From the NCBI RefSeq assembly GCF_006345805.1, contig NC_043000.1, forward strand, positions 3,038,001 to 3,102,000: a stretch of DNA of 64,000 nt. Reading direction: 5' to 3'. Under the pieces are notes generated by a model, which saw only the letters and a list, made by a program, of their open reading frames with translations, made no database searches and had not been told where the DNA came from. The stretch is from Octopus sinensis (Eukaryota). Made by a program: the position numbers and the translations under genes. Within the stretch, counting starts at the first letter, position 1. Every line of letters starts with the position of its first letter. Shown here piece by piece: positions 1 to 11,023 of this stretch.

Positions 1-237
1 GTGAATATGAAGATAATAAATTGGTGAAATTGTTAGAACATCAGATAGAACATCTTGCTGTATCTGTTCTGGATCTCTATTCTATAAGTTCAAATCTCAT
101 GGAGGACAACCTTGCCTTTTATCCTTTTGAAATTGGTAAATCAACAGCCAAGTGTTGATTCTTCTCCCTCCCTTTCTCTCTCTCTCCTCTCTCTCTCCTT
201 CTCTCTCTCCCTCTCCCATCCTATCTCTCTCTTTGGA

Positions 238-280
<43 letters not shown>

Positions 281-292
<12 letters not shown>

Positions 293-492
293 TTTATAGA
301 AGGAGCTTCTACAGGACTAGAACTCAGTAAATAAGGTACCCAATACATAGCAGTGTAAATTAATTTATTTTATAGAAGGAGCTTCTACAGGACTAGAACT
401 CTACAGGACTGGAGTTCTAGTCCTATGTACATTACGCTGCTATGTATTGAGTACCTTATTTACTGTGGTTAACCCCGACTCAACCTGGGACC

Positions 493-497
<5 letters not shown>
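281..497. mobile_element. Scrambled remnant of the hammerhead-bearing Penelope-like repeat seen intact at 23016-23210
   Basis: Shares tattttatagaaggagcttctacaggactagaact (twice) and ...ggttaaccccgactcaacc(t/c)gggacctac with 23016-23210. Segments occur in both orientations and are flanked by (TA)n. The ribozyme core is missing. Confidence 0.75.
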
Positions 498-535
<38 letters not shown>

Positions 536-792
536 ATTACTGAAGATGCATCTGGAAATCTGTGAATATCTATAGAGTTTATATAAATATATACATCAAC
601 AAAAAGAGTCAAGTGAGCAACACATTATATTGTATAATACTGAAATTGTTTCATCACCATTTTTGCTAATAGTCATTACAAATATTGAATAGTCATTACA
701 AATACTGGTATGATGTTTTATTTCATTTATTATATAATAATATTTCAGTGAAGATCTTCCGGTAAAATTGTGATGAAACAATTGTAGTCTCT

Positions 793-1222
793 CTCTTTTA
801 CTCTTTTACTTGTTTCAGTCATTTGACTGCGGCCATGCTGGAGCACCGCCTTTAGTTGAGCAACTCGACCCCGGGACTTATTCTTTGTAAGCCTAGTACT
901 TATTCTATGAGCCTCTTTTGCCGAGCCGCTAAGTGACGGGGACATAAACACACCAGCATCGGTTGTCAAGCAATGCTAGGGGGACAAACACAGACACACA
1001 AACACGCACGCACATATATATAATATATATATATATATATATACATATATACATATATACGACAGGCTTCTTTCAGTTTCCGTCTACCAAATCCACTCAC
1101 AAGGCTTTGGTCGGCCCGAGGCTATAGTAGAAGACACTTGCCCAAGGTGCCACGCAGTGGGACTGAACCCAGAACCATGTGGTTGGTAAGCAAGCTACTT
1201 ACCACACAGCCACTCCTGCGCC
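793..1222 (-). mobile_element. SINE family A (tRNA-like head, CORE-like middle, internal TA/CA microsatellite)
   Basis: Near-identical to copies at 5475, 18066, 55585 and 56455. Confidence 0.9.
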
Positions 1223-1284
1223 TGTATTATGTAATAAAGCATGTTGTTTACTCCTCTATCTTTTTTGATACTTACATATATATT

Positions 1285-1440
1285 TCCAGTCCCAACAGAT
1301 CACCAGTGCCGAACCTGCAACAGAGCTTTCAAGCTTGCATCAGTCTGATTGGCCACAACCAGATACACAATGCCCTGTCCTATCCCATGTGATGCCCTTG
1401 GTCATCATTGATGATGATAGACTAATGATAATAATAATAA
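1285..1440 (+). mobile_element. RTE-clade LINE extreme 3' end
   Basis: Encodes VPTDHQCRTCNRAF..ISLIGHNQIH (C-terminal C2H2 of RTE-type ORFs), followed by a gat/aat tail. Homologous to 7075-7170. Confidence 0.75.
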
Positions 1441-1915
1441 GATGGGCTACAGCAAATATTCTGCTCAATACCACAGATTTGCTTGTCAGTTGTTTGACCT
1501 TAACCAGTTGAGCATGTCCCTTACTGGCTGACGATATGTGCATCTCTGACCACGAGCAGAAGTAGTGGGGGAGCATCATAGTCATGTGTTGAGAGGGATT
1601 CTTTGGGGTTTGAATAGTTCACCTCTAGAAACATGGGTGGTTCTTTCAACATCCTTAAACAACCCTTATTCAGGGACCGTTTGAGCGGGATGGGCTACTC
1701 AACCTGAAGAAAATTCTAACTGGGCCCCACCTGCAAGGTCATGTGCTGTTTATCTTGATATGAGATCACCATGTCGCGCACATATGGTTGTGATGCATGT
1801 GCCTGGTGTACCTTTATCAGACAGGTAGTCATGATGGGTATATTGGGCTTCGTATATTTTACCCCAGTGTCACTTTGATGGCATGAACTGCTCTCTCACT
1901 CAATAATAATAATAA
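1441..1915 (+). mobile_element. Element G: non-coding retroposon with (TAA)n tail, 5'-truncated copy
   Basis: Reverse complement of most of 26840-27380 at high identity; sits in (TAA)n. Confidence 0.85.
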
Positions 1916-1979
1916 TAACAATGATGATGATGATAACAACAACAACTACAACAATAATAATAATGATAATAATAATCCA

Positions 1980-2160
1980 TCCTACTAAAGGCGCAAGGCC
2001 TAAAATTTTGGGGGTGGGGGCTAGTCAACTATATTAACCACAGCACATAACTGATACTTAGTTCATCGACCCCCGAAAGGATAAAAGGCAAAGTCAACCA
2101 TGGCAGAATTTGAACACAGAATGTAAGGATGGATGAAATGCCACAAAGCAGTTCACCTGA
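1980..2160 (-). mobile_element. SINE family B, degenerate
   Basis: Contains gaaaggataaaaggcaaagtcaacc..gcagaatttgaac, the reverse of the family B body. Confidence 0.75.
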
Positions 2161-3361
2161 CATGTTTTCATATGATATTACTTCATTGATACAGGTCTTC
2201 CATACATTGCACCATTAGCTCACCATACATCACACATTAACTCACTACAGTCTCTCTATTCACTACAGGTCGTGGCACTGGCAACGACTTCACTCAAATG
2301 TTTTTTCACGTGCCACCAGCACAAGTGCCAGTAAGGCGACGCAGGTAACGATTGTGCTCAAATGGTGTTTTTTACATGCCACCGGCACGAAGGCCAGCTT
2401 GTTGCTCTGGCAACAATCATGCTCGTATGGTACTCTTAGTGCTCTACTAGCATGGATGCCAGTCATCAAATTTGATTTTGATAAGAAACAAAATCAAATA
2501 TATAATTGAAACATTTCAAATAATGAAATAAGTTCGTGCGTTACACTTTAAATAACCTTAACTCAAATGAAGGACAATCAAAATATGTAATAGAATAAAA
2601 CTATGTTATGAAGTTCTGTAAATTTAGACATCAAAACAGAAATAAGAGCTATTATAGAACATGGAAATTCCTGGCGCCCTTGTAGTTATTATTAATATGC
2701 AGTAACAAAAATATCGAATTTCATACCAAATGTAAACAAAAATCATTTTATTTCTCTCAAAGATTCCCAGTTAATATTATTAGACTTCAAATTAGCAATA
2801 TTTACAAACAAACAACAACCACTAACGATATGAACGCAGGAGAACTTTTGCTTTTATTTTTTATTTTATAATGTTTTTTTTTTAATACTACCATTAATAA
2901 GATTCATTGAGAATGAGAATAATGGATTTGTAAATAATAAATATGTTTATTGTTCAACTACTAAACATTTTTATGGTTTTAATTCCTAATGAATGGTTTC
3001 TGTGGAAAAATCGATTGATTTCCTGGCATATCATTATATTGATGTTTGTCAGTGCTGACAACAATCAATACAGAAGGTTTTTTTTTTGGTTTTTTTTTTT
3101 TGCTTTGTTTTGTTTTTTTAGCCCCAATATAAGCATTGCAAAGACTATGGAATCAGAAGCATCGCTCCGAAATACACAGGAAGTGTACATTAGCTTCATC
3201 TGTCTTTTTATTCAGTCAACAATGAATGACACAGAGCTGATATTCTGTGGCATTCCATTCTGTCAAATTTTCATGGGGGGGGGGGGATAGTGAAAAATAA
3301 TTCCAAATCTCGTCATAAATTTTTTTCTTTTCTTGAAAAAGAATGAACAGAATGGAGTGTC

Positions 3362-3790
3362 AGTAGTGTGATGTATGGAAGACCTGTAATCAACAGAAAG
3401 ACTGTATGGTGAGTTAGTGGTGTAATGTATGGAAGACCTGTAGTAAATAGAGAGACTGTATGGTAAGTTAGTGGTATGACGTTGTACTAAAAACCTGAAG
3501 TTAATAGAGAGACTAAGATGTGTCAGTAAAGTGATGTTATATGGAAGACCTGTAGTGAACAGAAAGACTGTATGGTGAGTTAGTGGTGTAATGTATGGAA
3601 GACCTGTAGTAAATAGAGAGACTGTATGGTAAGTTAGTGGTATGACGTTGTACTAAAAACCTGAAGTTAATAGAGAGACTAAGATGTGTCAGTAAAGTGA
3701 TGTTATATGGAAGACCTGTAGTGAACAGAAAGACTGTATGGTGAGTTAGTGGTGTAATGTATGGAAGACCTGTAGTGAACAAACAGGCTG
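3362..3790. repeat. Minisatellite with 166-bp higher-order unit built from three 52-60 bp subunits
   Basis: tgtaatgtatggaagacctgtagt recurs at 3421, 3587 and 3753 (166-bp spacing). Confidence 0.9.
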
Positions 3791-3814
3791 TACGGTGTGT
3801 TTTATGGAAGGTTC

Positions 3815-4066
3815 CTGTGCAGGTGGCACATAAAAAGCACCATTTGCGCGTGACCATTGCCAGTACTGCCTGACTGGCCCTTGTGCCGGTGACACGTAAA
3901 AGCACCCACTACACTCTCAGAGTGGTTGGCATTAGGAAGGGCATCCAGCTGTAGAAACTCTGCCAGATCAGATTGGAGTCGGGCGCAGTCATCTGGTTCG
4001 CCAGTCCTCAGTCAAATCGTCCAACCCATGCTAGCATGGAAAGCAGACGCTAAACGATGATGATGA
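3815..4066 (+). mobile_element. Element F (RTE-type 3' UTR, (GAT)n tail)
   Basis: Has gtggttggcattaggaagggcatccagctgtagaaac...catgctagcatggaaagc...gatgatgat. Confidence 0.9.
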
Positions 4067-4228
4067 TCATCATCATCGTCATTTAGCGTCCGCTTTCCAT
4101 GCTAGCATGGGTTGGACGGTTCAACTGGGGTCTATGAAGCCAGAAGGCTGCATCAGGCCCAGTCTGATCTGGCAGTGTTTCTATGGCTGGATGCCCTTCC
4201 TAACGCCATGCCCTTCCTAATGCCAATA
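4066..4228 (-). mobile_element. Element F, truncated, tail-to-tail with the preceding copy
   Basis: catcatcatcgtcatttagcgtccgctttccatgctagc is the reverse complement of the F 3' end. Confidence 0.85.
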
Positions 4229-4777
4229 GGATGATGATGATAATGAATTAAAAGTTGTTGAAAGTGTAATAAATGAACTCGTTTCATTTATCATCATCAA
4301 CATTTAATGTCCATGTGACTTGCCGATATGGGTTGGATGGTTTGACAGAATCCAATGGGCACAAGGACTGCATCATGCTTCCAGTGTTTGGTTTGGTATG
4401 GTTTCTATGGCTGGATGTCTCTCCAACCACTTTACAATGTGTTCTGAGTATTTTTCATTGCCACCAGCACGAGTAAGGTCACCATGCAGCATGCAAGACT
4501 ATAAACACTGGGGCAGAGCAGCTTTATGCTAGAAAGCTGTAAAAGTAGTGGTGATGATATGTCTGGGTGGACCTCCAAGGTACAACGTGGGTAGAAATAA
4601 GTGGGGCAAAGGGGTTAGGAGTTAGTTGGGGAGAAAGGAATATCTGGTAGAGTGGAGTGACCATGTGAAATATTTTAATAATGTCTTTGATTTTGTTCCA
4701 TAGTTAAGGCTGTTTAAAGGGTAACATTGAAACTCATGCTGAAACATGATTTAACTTGTAGTATAATATATAGATAT

Positions 4778-5030
4778 GTGGAGGCGCGTGGCTTAGTGGT
4801 TAGGGTGTCAGCATCATGATCATAAGATTGTGGTTTCGATTCCTGGACTGGGCGACATGTTGTGTTCTTGAGCAAAACACTTCATTTCACGTTGCCTCAG
4901 TCCACTCAGCTGGCAAAAATGAGTAACGCTGTGATAGACTGGCGTCCTGCCCAGCTGGGGAACACATACGCCATAGAAACCGGGAAACCGGGCCCATGAG
5001 CCTGGCTAGGCTTTAGAAGGAGGCATTTAT
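4778..5030 (+). mobile_element. SINE family D (tRNA-derived head)
   Basis: A-box-like tggcttagtgg, B-box-like gtttcgattcc, CORE-like tgtgttcttgagcaaaacac. Other copies at 16748, 35410 and 63825. Confidence 0.9.
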
Positions 5031-5089
5031 TTATTTTATTATGATATATAGATAGTAACTACACTGTTTGTAGTATTGTTTAAAAGTGT

Positions 5090-5361
5090 TTAGTTAAGAG
5101 TAGTGGTACCTACAACCACATTGTCTGCAATCTCCAATGTGTCCTTCTTCTTTTTAAAGACAGTAGAGAGTAATTTGAAAAAGATCTGACTGTTTATTTC
5201 TAGCAGGTTGAGCAACCACTTGGAGATTCCCTTCGTCAAAAATGATCTGTTATTGGTTATCATGTAAACCAGTTCTACCTGTTTCTTTGTTGGGTTGTTG
5301 GCAACTAAACTGGTGATGTCACCCTTGGATCTCATCATGGGGTGTAGAGTGAATAGACACT
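5090..5361 (-). other. Candidate orphan terminal coding exon (about 90 aa), unverified
   Basis: Acceptor ttttttgtcttttcag at 5377-5362 is followed by the only open frame (CLFTLHPMMRSKG...GTTTLN*). Sequence is non-repetitive, but I do not recognise a homologue. Confidence 0.25.
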
Positions 5362-5474
5362 CTGAAAAGACAAAAAATGTTTATACCTGTCTACAAGGGC
5401 AGATAATCTCAACAAGGAATCAATGGTCATCTGTCAACACCTACAAATGAACTCCATTGATATTTTTGCTAACT

Positions 5475-5641
5475 ATAGGCTGTGTGATAACTAGCTTGCT
5501 TACCAACCACATGGTTCCAGATTCAGTCCTACTGCGTGGCACCTTGGGTGAGTGTCTTCTACTATAGCCTCGGGTCGACCAAAACCTTATCAGTGGATTT
5601 GGTAGACGGAAACTGAAAGAAGCCTGTCGTATATATGTATA

Positions 5642-5690
<49 letters not shown>

Positions 5691-5897
5691 ATGTGCTTGT
5701 GTTTGTCCTCTCAACATCGCTTGACAACCGATGCTGGTTTGTTTACATCCCCGTAACTTAGCGGTTCGGCAAAAGAGACTGATAGAATAAGTACTAGGCT
5801 CACAAAGAATAAGTCCTGGGGTCGATTTGCTCGACTAAAGGTGGTGCTCCAGCATGGCCGCAGTCAAATGACTGAAACAAGTAAAAGAGTAAAAGAA
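5475..5897 (+). mobile_element. SINE family A
   Basis: Full-length copy ending gaaacaagtaaaagagtaaaaga. Confidence 0.9.
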
Positions 5898-5904
5898 TAT
5901 ATAT

Positions 5905-6090
5905 GTTAAAATACTTTGTATTTCTTTCAATTTATTTTGAAAATAAGGAAGAATTTATCCAAACAACTTTCTCATTAATTAAGTTGGTGTTTGGAATATA
6001 AATTAACATGAAATTTTAGATGGAAGATTTTAATTTAGATGACAGAGAATTTGTATCATAAAACCTATTTGCAGTTTCAAATGGGTTGAG
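5905..6090. mobile_element. Degenerate AT-rich dispersed repeat, probable MITE
   Basis: Homologous to 51750-51930 (ttgaaaataa..ggtgtttg(g/a)aa..aacatgaaatttta). Confidence 0.55.
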
Positions 6091-6789
6091 AGCAAAAGGG
6101 TTAAGGTTTTTGAGTGTAACATTGCTGACTCCCTTGGCAACATCTGCACCTATTTGTCTTTCTCTGATGTATTGGCTTTGCTTTTCCTCAGACCCAGGGA
6201 AACCCAAATGAGATGCCCTTTGGTAAATGCAAAGAGTAAACTATATGGCTTAAATCTAGTTTTCCATTCCATTTTTGCCACCCACTTTTCCAGGAAGGGT
6301 TATAGGGGTGAGTCCACAGGTGCCCCCTCTATAAAGTCCTATCAGTAGCAACTATCATTACACTTTCCCACTGGACTCTCAAGCATGACCAACTGAAACT
6401 ATGGACATTATCCTACCATTTCACTCATGGTCTACTCCTAGGTTTCCAGCTCGTTGGATCAGCTTGAAGAATTTGTCTTGTGATTTTCCCCTGCAAGATT
6501 CTAATCACATGTCCATGGAATCAGAGCTGTGAACTCTCAATGCAGGGAAGTAGTGGCTTGGCCATTAATCTTTAAATTAGACAGTCTGTCAAATAATGTT
6601 ATTTCAGAGATTCTTTGGAAGAATCTCGTTTCAGCTGCTTGTATTTGTGATCAAACTCCATCAGCCCTCACTAATTTTCTTTCTCAACACTTTTGTTTGA
6701 AATGACAGATGTGCATCATTTTAGTTGTTAACAGATGTAGACAGGGATTTGGTGTAATAGATAAGGCCTTACTAATACCATATTTTACC

Positions 6790-7215
6790 TTGTTTGAATG
6801 CCTGACATGTGACTCCCCAAGAGATTGCTTTCCTGTGAACTGGTGGAAGGTAAGTGCATTGCAAGGTAAACAAAAACAGTGCTTCAAGGATACACTCAAA
6901 GCCTCACTGAAGAGCTCTGAGATCAACCCTGACCCCTGAAAAATGCAAGTACAAGACTGCCCGATCTGGCAAAGCTGCATCAACTGAAGTGCCACCTACT
7001 ACAAGCAATAGGATTGTAGGGGCACAAAGAAAATGTGAACTATGCGAGTTCGGAGTCAGCTCCTTGCCTTCAGTTCCAACAGACCACCAGTGTCTGACCT
7101 GCATCGGAACCTTCCAAGCATGCATCGGACTGACTGGCCACAGCCAGACACGTCATGTCCCACCTTTTCCTATGTAATTTCTTTGGTTATTCTCAACAAC
7201 AACAACAACAACAAG
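6790..7215 (+). mobile_element. RTE-clade LINE 3' fragment (pseudogenised RT C-terminus)
   Basis: Broken frames read MPD.*LPKRLL..ELVEGK / GKQKQCFKDTLKASLK..INPD / HQCLTCIGTFQACIGLTGHSQT, then an (AAC)n tail. Confidence 0.85.
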
Positions 7216-7736
7216 AAGCAAACTAATGCTATAACCCCTTACCAGGCAAGAGACAAATATAAAGTGTGAATTGAACCTTTGTTGTAAAATAGAGCTAATC
7301 TCAGCTAGAATTATAGTCAAGTTCTTGTGTTGATAATAAACATGTCACACAGACATTAATCTTCAATATATTTACGATCTACCATGAATCAGTTCAGGAT
7401 CAGCAGTATATCATAATGACAAATGATCTTTATGTGTCATAATGATTCAATTATTGTGACAGTTGTTGTTGCTGCTGTTTCTGTTTTATAACTGCTGCCG
7501 ATGACTTGTGCCAGTGATCTCTCTATTTAGCCAGATTTATGGCACAAAAACAGGCATTCGATCCTTTGAGGTTTGGTGGACATTAATCTGGTCTTTTGTC
7601 CTTCTGTTTCTGCTATATATCAATATACACTTGCAAAAACACGTGCGCATATCTAGGTATGTGTGTTATATGCATCTGTGTGTGTGTGTGTGTGCGTGTG
7701 TGTATGTGTATATATAGATATATATATATATATATA

Positions 7737-8118
7737 GTGGAGGTGCAATGGCCCAGTGGTTAGGGCAGTGGACTCGCGGTCGTAGGATCGCGGTTTCGAT
7801 TCCCAGACTGGGCGTTGTGAGTGTTTATTGAGCGAAAACACCTAAAAAGCTCCACAAGGCTCCGGCAGTGATGGTGGTGATCCCTACTGTACTCTTTCAC
7901 CACAACTTTCTCTCAATCTTTCTTCCTGTTTCTGTTGTACCTGTATTTCAAAGGGCTGGCCTTGTCACTCTCTGTGTCACGCTGAATATCCCCGAGAACT
8001 ACGTTAAGGGTACACGTGTCTGTGGAGTGCTCTGCCACTTACACGTTAATTTCATGAGCAGGCTGTTCCGTTGATTCGGATCAACCGGAACCCTCGTCGT
8101 TGGAACCGACGGAGTGCT

Positions 8119-8122
<4 letters not shown>
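7737..8122 (+). mobile_element. SINE family C (tRNA-derived head)
   Basis: tggcccagtggttagggcag...gtttcgattcccag; near-identical to copies at 15667, 39652 and 50962. Confidence 0.9.
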
Positions 8123-8160
<38 letters not shown>

Positions 8161-8210
8161 CTTCAAGAAAAAGTGCAGGCTTGGCTGTGTGATAAAGATG
8201 GTCTCATTAA

Positions 8211-8440
8211 GGCAGAGAGCTGGCAGAATCGTTAGCACGCTGGGCAAATTGCGTAGCCGTATTTCGTCTGCCATTACGTTCTGAGTTCAAATTCCGCCGA
8301 GGTCGACTTTGCTTTTCATCCTTTCAGGGTCGATAAATTAAGTGCCAGTTACACACTGGGGTCGATGTAATCGACTTAATCCGTTTGTCTGTCCTTGTTT
8401 GTCTCCTCTGTGTTTAGCCCCCTGTGGGTAGTAAAGAAAC
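8211..8440 (+). mobile_element. SINE family B
   Basis: gagctggcagaatcgttagc...gagttcaaattccgccgaggtcgactttg. Confidence 0.9.
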
Positions 8441-8454
8441 AAAAAAAGATGCTC

Positions 8455-8820
8455 TCTTTGCAACCTCATGGTTTTGAGTTCAATCCTACTGTGAAGCACT
8501 TTGAACAAGCATATCCTACTACAGCTCCAGATTGACCAATGCCTTGTGAGTGAATTTGGTCGACTGAAACTGTGAGGAAGCCTGTCTTGTGTGCTTGTGT
8601 GTGTGTGTGTCTTTGTGTTTGTTCTCTACCACTTCTTGACAACTGGTGCTGGTTTGTTTATGTCCCCATAACTTAGCAGTTTCGCAAAATAGACTGACAG
8701 CATAAGCATCAGACATAAAAATGAATAAACATTGGGATCATTTTTGCTTGACTAAACCCTTCAAGAGAGCAGTGGCCCAGCATGGCCACAGTCCTATGAC
8801 TGAAACAAGTGAAGGATGAC
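8455..8820 (+). mobile_element. SINE family A, degenerate
   Basis: Colinear but diverged match to 5475-5897. Confidence 0.75.
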
Positions 8821-9607
8821 AGATACATGCATACATATGCATGCATGTATGTATGTATCAGGCATGTGCCATCAGTAATTACTCAGGGTAGGCAGTTAGT
8901 GACTTTTATGTAGTAAAATACCAAAAAAAATAAGTGAAACACAGGCATGCGACCGAATTGAAGGCAGATTTACTTCTGCCTTTATAGCATGTAAAGAAAA
9001 CGGTGTTGTAGGAGTGTACGCAGCATGTGTACTACAGCAGTGCTATGCGTAGCTTTAATACTGAGATTGAAAGGCAGGGGTGAATTTGTTTTTCTTTTTA
9101 GTCATAGGCTTTGCTGATGATCCTACCTGTACCGAAATTCAACAACCAGCATGTAATATAAAGAAATCAGGCTGCCATTGGAGCTAGCTCTAATGAAGCC
9201 ATAATGATGGCTACTGTGATGGGGAAGAGACTCAGGGCAATGATAAAAAAGTGATTGTTTATGACAGCTGCCATCATTTTAAAGATATTTTAAGAGAGAG
9301 AGCAATAGATCAATAATTGAAAGAGTTAGACAGGTTATTAGGTGAGGTAGGCCAGCTATAGCTGTCTTGAATATGGGACAGAACTTGAACTCTGATACCT
9401 TTAAACAGCAGTCCGACATTTTATCAACTCAGCAACTCAGAAAGCAATAATCCTTATTGAAAGCTTATGCAATAACGTGAAAATGTCATTTACTTATAAT
9501 TAGTTAATTATTGATTGTAATTAGATGACTTTAAGCACCCGGTTTTGTCTGCATGCAAACATACTCATACGTACTTAAACACGCACACATACATACATAC
9601 ATACAAA

Positions 9608-9840
9608 GGCGGCGAGCTGGCAGAATGGTTAGCATGCCGGGCGAAATGCGTAGCCGTATTTCGTCTGCCGTTATGTGTTCTGGGTTCAAATTCCACCGAG
9701 GTCGACTTTGCCTTTCATCCTTTCGGGGTCGATAAAATAAGTACCAGTTACGTTCTGGGGTCGATGTAATCGACTTAATCCCTTTGTCTGTCCTTGTTTG
9801 TCCCCTCTATGTTTAGCCCCTTGTGGGTAGTAAAGAAATA
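9608..9840 (+). mobile_element. SINE family B
   Basis: Full head ggcggcgagctggcagaatggttagc. Confidence 0.9.
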
Positions 9841-10084
9841 TATATACATACAAACATGCACACACACACACACATATACATAGAAACACATATATGTACA
9901 CACACATATACATACATGTGCACATCCATATATACATAAAATTATTTAAAACAGGGTCCTTTTAGAATTGTTCTTCCTATGCTTTGTGAGTACATTCAGT
10001 GGGTATAAACTGTGTGGAAACCTGTCAAATATATATATACACACAGACACACACACACACAGACACACACACACACACACACAC

Positions 10085-10362
10085 ATGCACAACGTGGCTG
10101 ATGCCAGCGCCGCCTTTACTGGCTGGTGGCATGTAAAAAGCACCAACCGATCGTGGCCGATGCCAGCCCCCCTGGCACCTGTGCTGGCGGCACGAAAAAA
10201 GCACCCACTACACTTGGCGTTAGGAAGGGCATCCAGCTGTAGAAACACTGCCAGATCAGACTGGAGCCTGGTGCAGCCTCCCGGCTTTCCCAGACCCCGG
10301 TCGAACCGTCCAACCCGTGCTAGCACGGAAAACGGACCTTAAACGATGATGATGATGATGAT
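10085..10362 (+). mobile_element. Element F
   Basis: F body with (GAT)n tail. Confidence 0.9.
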
Positions 10363-10373
10363 ATATATATATA

Positions 10374-10468
10374 CCACTTGTTAATTTGAGTGGAGGCAAT
10401 GCGAGCAGGAACTAAGGGAACATTACTAAGTTTCTGCTCGCATGGCCTCCGCTCAAATTAACAAGTGG
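10374..10468. other. 95-nt near-perfect hairpin (40-bp stem, 15-nt loop): collapsed MITE or pre-miRNA-like
   Basis: 10374-10413 pairs with 10429-10468, with one mismatch and two G-U wobbles on the + strand. Confidence 0.8.
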
Positions 10469-10554
10469 AATATAGCTCATTTGGAGCACTACCACTCCAG
10501 TCTGTATTATATCTTGAGTATTGTTATTACTAGCTATCTCAACATATAACTGTG

Positions 10555-10593
<39 letters not shown>

Positions 10594-10594
<1 letters not shown>

Positions 10595-10736
10595 ATCATC
10601 ATCGTTTAACGTCCGCTTTCCATGTTAGCATGGTTGGACGATTTGACTGAGGTCTGGTGCAGCCATCTGGTTCGCCAGACCTCATCAAATCGTCCAACCC
10701 ATGCTAGCATGGAAAGCGGATGTTAAACGACAACGA

Positions 10737-10740
<4 letters not shown>
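10594..10740. mobile_element. Fold-back of two element F 3' ends
   Basis: Inverted arms of about 62 bp around a loop of about 17 nt; tails point outward into (TA)n. Confidence 0.85.
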
Positions 10741-10775
<35 letters not shown>

Positions 10776-10876
10776 GGAGTAAACACATAAATGTGAAACA
10801 AGGTGGAAAAAAGAGTACTCAAATACCAGTGGTAGAATAATATGCTTTATTTAAGCAGCAGAAAATTCAACAAAAT

Positions 10877-10914
10877 CTGTTACTCTGATTTTCTCGTTAC
10901 CGTTCATCAGACAG
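10877..10914 (-). ncRNA. Mirror-image hammerhead copy with a stem III mutation
   Basis: Same motif on the - strand, with a GTAA loop II and C15.2 changed to A at 10889. Confidence 0.55.
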
Positions 10915-10930
10915 TTTTTGCTAGCAAAAA

Positions 10931-10968
10931 CTGTCTGATGAACGGCAACGAGAAACTCAGAGTAACAG
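10931..10968 (+). ncRNA. Minimal type I hammerhead ribozyme
   Basis: Stem I CTGT/ACAG; CTGATGA 10935-10941; stem II (A.A)CG-GCAA-CG; GAAA 10952-10955; palindromic stem III ACTC-A-GAGT; GUA cleavage site after 10964. Confidence 0.75.
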
Positions 10969-11023
10969 ATTTTGTTGAATTTTCTGCTGCTTTAAATAAG
11001 CACATATATATATATATATAGTT

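Larger units (their letters stand above)
10774..11002 (-). mobile_element. Penelope-like non-autonomous remnant with palindromic 5' end
   Basis: Palindrome with arms of about 80 bp centred on gctagc (10920-10925); each arm holds a hammerhead motif; flanked by (TA)n. Confidence 0.75.

Noticed and set aside
535-575. Hammerhead-like CTGAAGA...GAAA
   Set aside because: No pairing for stems I, II or III and no NUH site in register.
6016-6207. 63-aa ORF
   Set aside because: Its 3' half lies in a dispersed AT-rich repeat also present at 51750-51930.
7737-7810. tRNA genes
   Set aside because: A/B-box-containing heads of SINE families continue into SINE bodies and lack a complete acceptor stem; the same applies to all C, D and E copies.
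9108-9150. Hammerhead-like CTGATGA...GAAA
   Set aside because: The intervening sequence cannot form stem II and there is no stem I.
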